A stretch of 64,000 nucleotides of DNA from Bacilli bacterium (GTDB taxonomy: Bacteria > Bacillota_I > Bacilli_A > RFN20 > CAG-826). This document shows positions 55,001 through 62,214 of the stretch, in pieces. A program made the translations under genes and the position numbers. The stretch is from positions 3,423-67,422 of the forward strand of contig JALCDB010000006.1 in the NCBI GenBank assembly GCA_022641095.1, written 5' to 3'. The notes beneath the pieces are model-generated. The model saw nothing but the letters and a program-made list of their open reading frames with translations, did no database searches and was not told the DNA's origin. Every line of letters starts with the position of its first letter. The first letter of the stretch is position 1.

Positions 55001-55828
55001 AAGAAGGCGCTTTGCGACCAATACCCCTCCATATTGAAGGACGACGTTGTCACGATCAACGATGCCAAAGGCCGCGAATGGGACAACGTCATCATCGATA
55101 ATTTCCTTTCTTCGTCCCGTGGGCTCTGGGACCAGATGCTTTCCGATGAAAGGATTGGCAGGAAGTCGACCTTGCATCGGATGCTGTTCAATCGTTATTA
55201 CGTCGCTTTAACGCGAGCCAAAGATCGAATCATCGTGTTGGAAGACAACGTCTCGCCTCTCATTCAATCAAAGCTATTGCATGGTCTAAGCCTCTTGGAG
55301 CAAAAAGAGGAGATACCTCAATACCTCAACGACACCTTCACCAGCGAAGATTGGTATTCCTATGCCAGAGGATCCCTTTTACGGAAGGATTTCGTCAATG
55401 CTCATCGTTGCCTGAACAAGATACCCAAGGAGAAACGAGATGGACGAATGGAGAAGCTTGTCAGGCAACTGGATCTTTATGATTTGTTCCTCGACAGCCC
55501 CGATAAATTTGCAAAAGAGGACATCCACGCTTTTTCGGATCTGGTGGACTGCATGATCGAAATTCAGGATCAAACACATCTAAAGCAACTCTATTCCGTC
55601 CGCAACGCCGATATGAAACTCCGTTTGCTCGCGCTGGACGAAAAGGCGGATCCGGATTATTTGCAGAACGTCGCCCAATTCATCGTACGCAATCCCGATA
55701 AATTTACGGACGGAGAACAAAATTATTTCGTTTCCTTGCTGTTGCGCTATCTTAAGAAGAATATCGAGTCTTCGCTTTCGAGAATGGAATCGTTAAAACA
55801 AACAGGAGGCATTTATGCCACAAGATGA
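52040..55828 (+). CDS. 1262-aa multidomain SF1 (UvrD/Rep-like) helicase with novel N-terminal domains
   Basis: The helicase motifs are Walker A GGSAGTGKT, Walker B/II IIVDETQDLTELQV, LRGAYRSSNFLV, INDAKGREWDNVII and YYVALTRAKDRIIVL. The N-terminal ~600 aa has no motif I recognise, except for an internal duplication and a RelE/ParE-like stretch. Confidence 0.8.
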   Translation: MRNYISSQEIFIFGYTISQTAEIHINSTANEDMFKDVEDHLLKLRILAVGSYVNYYPFELESNSRIFSSLSRFKLNDWYIAAGLFSQTDGHCFRVFLIHKTERDWAVSYDLAARCVVAITNIGFGLIDEKGDEYHGDNVYGLLGFDEPPALPKARFQLDTKGHAPNETVVPKTTQEQVIENPRISSSVYLFMQRDGSDVRLNDGSPMFVDAANQLNRLQYFDPYSSRILYFPFCAENDKRINDIEYFVASKWFIVGAQLSSTGSIYSLLLAYKADPSFAFLASPWRQTYYSVMSNGYNAKVDGKVIPYDEIAQRLPLSVLETVPSLADVAEIKRKEKESEQKTIGPSKDPLLKNNAALTENITVGTPASLINEESKTGETINELAPATHDLAVEEPSVVTPRPETPITPTEQTKAPLDVPTFQKQANPEARTADKPESKVAEPELSPEEQFVKEQEATTSLLAKRHVYATRKYLKTIDDLKDKYKNELRDALGKIYQTLLTDNDEDLEQYLRIKRSTEINGLEDFNIYKFRVANSGTFQACRLFYTRGYDLKRHIEPNAIVLLYFSDTGEHDRQGKTARQIEEDEKKDESIIENDIINLHGRDPIIEKELYRITFQQSTDASKPKFSEYGVLSLDQAGLLEATKAPCAFGGSAGTGKTLMSIDLYRSLEETYPDQRILYLTYQYALKWKVEQQFQELDIPAECLTYQELAEQILDDGKTYFGQEKFTKWARSVYAMARNQKNNLLKIAPTIDEAISIAYVFYRGIIEGRSHQFSRNDASLLSSSDFKEEIKSEMGFDSTQKEKIYDIAKAYRVYVDRLSGRTDNMAAEELLAKKPACYDAIIVDETQDLTELQVLSICALLKEGSKKLYLFGDDNQAINPTIFTIESAASCLKMGLGPGIDVPIQNLRGAYRSSNFLVSYINEINRIKRKAIGAQGNGNDDDEQSLRKDEKGSLPRLITNEELEDELLSSPSTFQSDTIVIVVDDEAKKALCDQYPSILKDDVVTINDAKGREWDNVIIDNFLSSSRGLWDQMLSDERIGRKSTLHRMLFNRYYVALTRAKDRIIVLEDNVSPLIQSKLLHGLSLLEQKEEIPQYLNDTFTSEDWYSYARGSLLRKDFVNAHRCLNKIPKEKRDGRMEKLVRQLDLYDLFLDSPDKFAKEDIHAFSDLVDCMIEIQDQTHLKQLYSVRNADMKLRLLALDEKADPDYLQNVAQFIVRNPDKFTDGEQNYFVSLLLRYLKKNIESSLSRMESLKQTGGIYATR

Positions 55829-56186
55829 CAAATTATACGAGTCGCTTCAGCAAGTCGCGGACATCGCGGCGACACTCGGCCGGATCGAGGCGATAGAACG
55901 GCAATTCAATGAACAGGTTAAGGGTATCGAAACCCGCGTGACCAGTTTGGAGACGAGCGTTGAAAAATATCAGAAGCAAGTTGATCGAATCGAATCGACG
56001 ATCAATGAATTAAATCTCTTCTTAAAAGGGAAATCCTCCTTGACCGACGAACTACAGAATCTACTGGGCGGATTAAAGGACCTCGATGTCAACAAATTGA
56101 CCGGGGAACTCAATGAGGTCGAAAAAAGCACCAAAGTGCTGAATAAGACTATCCAAGGCAAAAAAGACAAGCAGAAGCGTCATTAA
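55815..56186 (+). CDS. 123-aa coiled-coil protein, translationally coupled to the helicase gene
   Basis: An AGGAGG lies 5 nt upstream of the ATG, inside the end of the helicase gene (14-nt overlap). The sequence is heptad-rich (IEAIERQFNEQVKGIETRVTSLETSVEKYQKQVDRIESTINELN) with no TM segment. Confidence 0.6.
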   Translation: MPQDDKLYESLQQVADIAATLGRIEAIERQFNEQVKGIETRVTSLETSVEKYQKQVDRIESTINELNLFLKGKSSLTDELQNLLGGLKDLDVNKLTGELNEVEKSTKVLNKTIQGKKDKQKRH

Positions 56187-56336
56187 TTTGCCTAATTGCC
56201 CAAGTTCGCCCTTCCAACAGCGAGCGCTAAATCTTTTTGGCTTCCGGCATTCCCGTCTTTTCCCTGAAAGCCTGACGCTTGGCTTTGGCATGGGTTCTTC
56301 CTAGAAGGAAACGAAACCCTTCGACGGTTTTGCAAT

Positions 56337-56364
56337 GAAAAAAGGGCCGAAGTCATCCGGCCCT
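56337..56364 (-). terminator. rho-independent terminator of the minus-strand surface-protein operon
   Basis: On the minus strand the sequence is AGGGCCGG-atgactt-CGGCCCT followed by TTTTTT, 22 nt after the stop at 56386. Confidence 0.65.
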
Positions 56365-56385
56365 ATAATTCGACGTTGCTAGCGA

Positions 56386-59300
56386 TTAGGCTGCAACGAG
56401 ATTGCTTCCGTCGTATGAATAGCTCCCGATGGGGTTCCCGCTCGCATCCGCGATGGAGAAGGCGGATTCACTGCCTTCGATGCTATCTCCGGAAGTGAAG
56501 GAAACGACTGCGCCAAGATAGATGGTCCCATCTTTCATAACGGCGTATTTGCGGCTGCCATCACTCGTCTTGACAACAGATTGGATGATGACTCCGGAAA
56601 CGTTATCGGCTCCCGCCGTCTTCACCTGCTGACCCGAAATCGCGTCGCTGGAGTAATTTCCGCAGTCCTTGCTCATCAGGTAATTATCGCTACCCTTGGT
56701 AACCCAAGCATCGGTGCTATCGGTCGTGATGGTGATGCCTTCGCCCGTCAAGAGTGAGATGCCGTTGGCTTCGCTGGCGATTGTGAGGTTAGAGATGGCG
56801 GTTCCGCTCTCCCAAGTGTACCCATCCGCGACGAGGGACATCTTGTAGTAGGAACTGCCGTTTCGGCATCCCATGTATTCGCCTAGAAAGGCCTTGCCAG
56901 ACAAAGGAGCCGAATAAACGCTCTTGGTGACGGAAATGGCGTTCCCGGCATCATCCTTGAGCAATAGGTAATACGTCGCCCCTTCGACGAAGTCGTAATG
57001 GAAGGCGTCGCCGGAAGAGGTTTGAAGCGTTTTTCCATCTTGGTCCAGCAAGGAAATCGAAACCGTCTCGCCCTCGCCATAAGCGAAAGCCAAGGTGCTG
57101 GTTGCGCTTACTGTAGGAACGAAAGCGTAATAAGTGCCGTTAACGGTGGCTGAAAGATCGGCCATTCCGTCGGCGAAATCGTAGGCAAGCGCCGATTCGA
57201 GGATCTCGCCTGGGGCGGCGACCAAGCACTGCAAGGCGAAAGCGGAGGTCGAACTGTTGCTCGAATAGCCGACTTTGACCAAATAATCGCCGGCCGCAAG
57301 CTTGCTATCGAGCTCGAAGGAAGTGCCATAGGTATATGTTGGGTCGCCCCAGCCGCTTCCGTCTTCCTCACCAACTTCGGTCTTGTTCGCGATGGCTGTC
57401 GCGCCATCGGCGCTCAGAAGGTAAATCTGTTTGGCATAGGACGAGGAGCCACCGCCTAATAGGAAGCGATAGGCCCCTTCCGAGGCGACCGTGACTTTAT
57501 AGAAAGAATACTGCACGCCGAGATTGGATACCGTAATGGCATCGGCCCCAACCGCCAAGGTGAGCGGATTGCTTCCGACGCTACCCTGAGCCGGCTCGGC
57601 AAAGGAGAAATAGACTTTCTCCGTCTCTGATGAAGGCCCGTTGGAAGAAGCCAGGACAATATAGGTATGACCGGCCTCCAAAGACAGCAAACTGATGGCC
57701 TTGGAAACACCAGAGCAATGAGCGATCTCGCTTGAAAGATCAGCGGTATCGTAAAGTTCGAAGGAGAAGTACATATTGCCGATGCTCTCGCCCGTAAACG
57801 ATACTTGTTTGTCGGTAGCTGGCGTATAGGAATACATCAGATCCTGATAGTTGCTATTGCTATAGCGGCCATCGAAGACCACTTCCTGTTTGGCTCCGAA
57901 ATCGGTATAAGGAGCGGCTGTTGCGACGGAGTCGTTAGCGGAGGTCCAAATGGCGATATCCATGTCGCCGAAAGCCTTCTTCTCGGGCGAATAGCTGTTG
58001 ACGTAGGCGTTGAGCGAAACGTAATAGACTTGGCCTTGTTCCATGTTCAGACCGTAAATCCAAGGATCGGAGGAGGAATAAGTCTGAATCGGATCGTCTT
58101 TTTCGATCCCAAAACTGACCGGGGCAACCTCGGTTTTGGCGGCATCGTAGAATTTGGTTTGCAAATAGCTGATGGCCGTCGTATCGCTGATGTCCGCGTT
58201 GATGGTGACTTCATTGATGGCGAAATAATAGATATCAGCCGCCGGAGCGGTGAATTTGATGAAGAAATCCGGCATTCCCGTGACAGTTGTGACCGTTCCG
58301 CTATAGGAAGCGGCGCTGATGTCAAACGGCTTATCGAGCGAGCAGCCATTCGGGAAATCGGCGTACTGGGCATATAGATCCAAATCCGCCGTCAAAGCGG
58401 TCGCGAAATCGTAAAGCGTGCCGCCCGTGGCTTCGGTAAACCAACCCGTGCAGTATTTGTCGGCCAAAATCGGCTTTCCGATTTCGGCGGCTTGGTGCCC
58501 TTTGATCGCTGAGACGACATAGTCGCCACTCACGCTTTCCCCATCGATCGCCAATGAGCCGGCGCCGATATGGTAAGTGACCGTGACCATCTCGGTATCG
58601 GAGCAAAAGACGTTATCGATATCAAGGCCGTTCTGCTTATCGCCAATCAAAGTCGCCCAAGCGGATGAAGTTCCGCCGTATTCGATCTTTTTGACAACAC
58701 GGCTCACATCGATGATGCGGGCCTCAGGAAGGGAAACGACCCCTTGGCTCACCCTCACCAAATCGATATCGCGCGAATCGAAAGTGTCGTTGATGGCGGA
58801 GAGGGCTTTGGCATCGTAAGTGAGCGTAGCCAAAGCCGACATATCGTTAAGGGCCGAACTGTCGATCGCCGTCAAGTCGCGGGGGAACGTCAAAGCCGTT
58901 AATTTTGAGCAATGGCTGAAGCAATATTTGTTGAACTCCTGAATCGTGTCTGGAAGAACGACCTCCGATAGATAGGAGCAGTCTTCAAAGCCGCCATTGT
59001 AGGAAGTCGGGTCGCCAACGCAGACGACGGGCCCCAAATCGGTGGCGATGTCGCCTTCGATCGAAAGGTGGCGCTCAGGTACAACGGCCTTGGAAATGCC
59101 GCCATCCGACTTAACGACGTGCCAAGTCCCGGCGGTTTTCTCCGCATCGGTCTGAGCGAAATCGACCCCTTCGCTCCCTTCGCCGACGATACCATAGACG
59201 TTGGCTGCCTGATTGGCCGAAAGAGCGTCGCCGTCAATCGGCGTCGCCGTCAAAGAGACATCCACCCTGTCGAACCAGTCGGTTTGAGGGATGTTCCGGA

Positions 59301-59754
59301 GCGTATAGACCATGAAATATTGGTAGGAATCATGAAGATCCGATAGCCAATGAATCGTGTCAGCGTCCTTGACGGAGGTATAGACGGTCGTCACGGCAAA
59401 GGCCTTCTCGTCTTTGATGACCGTGCCGTCTTTGGAAGTCACCGTGCGGGCGAAAGAGGCGGATTCAAGGCCTTCATAGCCATCGAGAGCCGCCACGAAA
59501 CGGAGGCTCTTTTTACCATCCTGCCCCGCTAACGCCTGAACGCCCATCACGGGAGACAAAGCGTCGTTTTCGTTGGCCAATAGCCGATGCGAGCCAAAGG
59601 GCAGCCCGGTTCCGATATCGTCGGAAACGACTTCATCGGTCAAATCACCCGCGATCGGCGCGGTTGCGGAAACGATCGCATTGACGCCGATGGCGCTCAA
59701 GGCCAGGGCGCATAAAGCGCCGGCGATGGATAACTTTTTGGTTTTGCTTAACAT
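56386..59754 (-). CDS. 1122-aa secreted surface protein: BspA-type LRR, Listeria-Bacteroides repeat, then several pre-peptidase-C-terminal-like beta-sandwich repeats
   Basis: The signal peptide is MLSKTKKLSIAGALCALALSAIG. The LRR_5-like segment is FEDCSYLSEVVLPDTIQEFNKYCFSHCSKLTALTFPRDLTAIDSSAL. The Flg_new-like segment is YCTGWFTEATGGTLYDFATALTADLDLYAQY. Confidence 0.75.
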   Translation of the reverse strand: MLSKTKKLSIAGALCALALSAIGVNAIVSATAPIAGDLTDEVVSDDIGTGLPFGSHRLLANENDALSPVMGVQALAGQDGKKSLRFVAALDGYEGLESASFARTVTSKDGTVIKDEKAFAVTTVYTSVKDADTIHWLSDLHDSYQYFMVYTLRNIPQTDWFDRVDVSLTATPIDGDALSANQAANVYGIVGEGSEGVDFAQTDAEKTAGTWHVVKSDGGISKAVVPERHLSIEGDIATDLGPVVCVGDPTSYNGGFEDCSYLSEVVLPDTIQEFNKYCFSHCSKLTALTFPRDLTAIDSSALNDMSALATLTYDAKALSAINDTFDSRDIDLVRVSQGVVSLPEARIIDVSRVVKKIEYGGTSSAWATLIGDKQNGLDIDNVFCSDTEMVTVTYHIGAGSLAIDGESVSGDYVVSAIKGHQAAEIGKPILADKYCTGWFTEATGGTLYDFATALTADLDLYAQYADFPNGCSLDKPFDISAASYSGTVTTVTGMPDFFIKFTAPAADIYYFAINEVTINADISDTTAISYLQTKFYDAAKTEVAPVSFGIEKDDPIQTYSSSDPWIYGLNMEQGQVYYVSLNAYVNSYSPEKKAFGDMDIAIWTSANDSVATAAPYTDFGAKQEVVFDGRYSNSNYQDLMYSYTPATDKQVSFTGESIGNMYFSFELYDTADLSSEIAHCSGVSKAISLLSLEAGHTYIVLASSNGPSSETEKVYFSFAEPAQGSVGSNPLTLAVGADAITVSNLGVQYSFYKVTVASEGAYRFLLGGGSSSYAKQIYLLSADGATAIANKTEVGEEDGSGWGDPTYTYGTSFELDSKLAAGDYLVKVGYSSNSSTSAFALQCLVAAPGEILESALAYDFADGMADLSATVNGTYYAFVPTVSATSTLAFAYGEGETVSISLLDQDGKTLQTSSGDAFHYDFVEGATYYLLLKDDAGNAISVTKSVYSAPLSGKAFLGEYMGCRNGSSYYKMSLVADGYTWESGTAISNLTIASEANGISLLTGEGITITTDSTDAWVTKGSDNYLMSKDCGNYSSDAISGQQVKTAGADNVSGVIIQSVVKTSDGSRKYAVMKDGTIYLGAVVSFTSGDSIEGSESAFSIADASGNPIGSYSYDGSNLVAA

Positions 59755-59773
59755 ATTGTTACCTCGCTTTCCT

Positions 59774-60811
59774 TTAGAAATCTTCGCCCGATCCGGCGCC
59801 GTCTCCGGCTTCCCCGCCTTCGTGGAAATATTTCTCGGCCGGGGTGATGCTTAACGCCGTGCTTCCAACTTCGCCATAGGTTGCGATAATGGCGACTCCG
59901 TCCTTCTCGCCCTTGCCCGTCACTAGCGAAAGGGAGACAAGGCCGCCGTCGGCTCCAACCCCCATCTCAACATAGGCGTCGGGATAGCTGGCAAGACCAA
60001 ACGATGTGCTGAAGCAGGTAAGCGCCGAGATAGCGTTAGAAGCGGGTACATCGCAATAGAAATAATCAAGGGCCGAGGCGGCATCGTAGGCGCCATAATG
60101 CCAAGTCGAGCTCGAAAGCAAGGTTTTGACATTGAACAAAGCCGAGAAAGAGGAGGGGGCGATAGGAGTCCCGTCGTCGGCGGCCAAATATTCGTCGGCG
60201 TAGTAGTAAGTGGCGTTGTCTTCGCCATAATGGACCGGATAAACCTTATCGTCGGCGTAGTAGTAGCCGGCGGCTCCGTCATCGATTCCGGCGGCGGTTA
60301 CTTTCTTGACATAGGTAACCATCTGCCCCGACTGGTCGAGGTAGCGGAAAGATGCCGTGTAGTTGCCTTCGACGGCAAAGGCCGCCTCCTTCAATTCCGG
60401 CGTCGAAACGACGACATCCAAAAATCCGGATGCCGTAGCGTCTTGGGTCGATGTGGCGGTGACGCGGGCCGAACCGACCCCAATCGCCGTCAAGACGCCA
60501 TCGCTAGAGACCGCAAGGACGTCTTGCGAAGGATCAACCGACCACGTCACTGCCGTGTCGGTGGCGTTAACGACCGTCGCGGTTAGCGTCTGCGACCGGC
60601 CATAGAGCATGGTCTTCTCGCCCATGACGGTGACGCTGAGGCTCAGCGAGGAAGACGAGGAGGAGCTAACGGAAGAGCTGGAGTTGCTGGACGTTCCCGA
60701 AACGCTCGAACCGGATGATGAGGAGGGGCCGCTAGAGGCGCTGGTCGTGCCGGCGCAGCCAGCCAAGAGGCTGGCGGCCAGGGTCAATAGAAGCAAGGAT
60801 TTTCTTTTCAT
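59774..60811 (-). CDS. lipoprotein with a Ser-rich linker and a Big_2-like Ig domain
   Basis: The lipobox is LLAGC. The linker is a poly-Ser tract. The Ig-like segment is TATVVNATDTAVTWSVDPSQDVLAVSSDGVLTAIGVGSARVTATS. Confidence 0.7.
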   Translation of the reverse strand: MKRKSLLLLTLAASLLAGCAGTTSASSGPSSSSGSSVSGTSSNSSSSVSSSSSSSLSLSVTVMGEKTMLYGRSQTLTATVVNATDTAVTWSVDPSQDVLAVSSDGVLTAIGVGSARVTATSTQDATASGFLDVVVSTPELKEAAFAVEGNYTASFRYLDQSGQMVTYVKKVTAAGIDDGAAGYYYADDKVYPVHYGEDNATYYYADEYLAADDGTPIAPSSFSALFNVKTLLSSSTWHYGAYDAASALDYFYCDVPASNAISALTCFSTSFGLASYPDAYVEMGVGADGGLVSLSLVTGKGEKDGVAIIATYGEVGSTALSITPAEKYFHEGGEAGDGAGSGEDF

Positions 60812-60843
60812 AATGCCATTCTCCTGAATTTTCAGTAGCGAAT

Positions 60844-62214
60844 TTAACCGGCTAGCCCATAATCGGCGATAGCCTTATCGACAAAGCCGACGTTGCCGTT
60901 CCCGAAATCGGAATACTGGGTTTCCACATAGGAGCCATTGGTGAAATGGAGCTGGAAACGGATGGCGCAGTCGCTGTCCTCAGTGGTCAGATTCGGGATA
61001 ATCGATAGATAACTGGTAGTGAGATGATTGGCTTTAATCATCTCGGAGTAACCATGGTTGGCGGCGAAGTCGGCCATGATTCCTTTATCGGTGAATTTGA
61101 TGACGCCATCGTCAAGGGTCGTCGCCTTCTGGAACTCATTGACGCATGTCATGTACGTCGGATAGTTCATGACCACCGAAACATCGGTGTAGATTTGGGT
61201 AAAGGACGATTGGGCATAGCCCGGCGAATTGGGATCCTCCCGCGTAACGAGCTGAAAGTCACCATCACTATTGAGGAAAAGATAGGTGCCGATGAAAACA
61301 AGGCTCGTCGATCCCACGACCAGTACCTTATTGTTGATGGCGATATAGCCTCGTTTGCCATAGGTCCCCGCGGTTTCCGGGTCTTTCTTAGCATAGGCAG
61401 CGGTAAAGTCAGTATAGAAATACTGCGGCATGAAATAATAGTATTGATCGATGGTATCATCCCCATCGAGATCGTTGCTGGCGATATAGTTCTTGAGGGC
61501 GAAAAGATCGCGGATGCGTTTTTCCGCTTCCGTCGGAGCGAAAGGCGGAAGATGGTCCGTCAAAACCTGATCGAGATAAGGGAAATCGACCTCGCCATAG
61601 CGATCAACGGACAAGACGGAAGTCATTTGCGCATCGCCTTCGCCAAAGGAAGCGGTGAATGTAAGGCCATCCGGCGTGGTTCGTTCGGCGGGATAAGCCG
61701 CCGTAAGGGACGTCAGCGTGAAAAGCCCGTCTGGGCTCAAGCCCATCATCTCAAAGAGGGAGAGCAAATTCTTCTTGCTCTTGCTGAAATCGACCTCGCC
61801 TGAATCCGACATGGCCAAGGAGGAAATATCGAGATCGTCGAAAGTCGCGATCATCTGGTGGTAATCGGTATAGCCTTTGCCCTCGTCGTCGCTCAGTAAT
61901 TCGGACCTAGACAGAGTCTCGTCCTCATACGCAAAGGAGGAAACGCCTCCGTTTTCGTTAAGGTAGCCTTTTTGGTTGTCGCCTAGGAAATAGTCTTTGG
62001 CGTAATAATGGACGAAAGAGGAGTTAAGGCCTCCGTTCTTGGTCATGACGGTGACCTGGAAGTTAGCGTCTTGCCGTTGCAATTCGCCAAGAGCCGAGAG
62101 GGTGTTCAATTCCTGGGGGGCAGGGGCGGAGGAAGCGGAGGAAGCGGAGGATTCCTGGCATCCCGCCAAAAGAAGGGCGCTTAGCAAAAGGAGGCCGCTT
62201 TGGAAACGCTTCAT
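60844..62214 (-). CDS. lipoprotein of unknown function
   Basis: The lipobox is LLLAGC. It has an ATGA overlap with the upstream gene. Confidence 0.7.
   Translation of the reverse strand: MKRFQSGLLLLSALLLAGCQESSASSASSAPAPQELNTLSALGELQRQDANFQVTVMTKNGGLNSSFVHYYAKDYFLGDNQKGYLNENGGVSSFAYEDETLSRSELLSDDEGKGYTDYHQMIATFDDLDISSLAMSDSGEVDFSKSKKNLLSLFEMMGLSPDGLFTLTSLTAAYPAERTTPDGLTFTASFGEGDAQMTSVLSVDRYGEVDFPYLDQVLTDHLPPFAPTEAEKRIRDLFALKNYIASNDLDGDDTIDQYYYFMPQYFYTDFTAAYAKKDPETAGTYGKRGYIAINNKVLVVGSTSLVFIGTYLFLNSDGDFQLVTREDPNSPGYAQSSFTQIYTDVSVVMNYPTYMTCVNEFQKATTLDDGVIKFTDKGIMADFAANHGYSEMIKANHLTTSYLSIIPNLTTEDSDCAIRFQLHFTNGSYVETQYSDFGNGNVGFVDKAIADYGLAG

Noticed and set aside
42595-56364. Calling the accessory island a defined mobile element (prophage, ICE or transposon).
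   Set aside because: I recognised no integrase, transposase, relaxase, tRNA target or terminal inverted repeats. The only bracketing repeat is the internal 40-mer pair. I therefore report it as a compositionally distinct island only.
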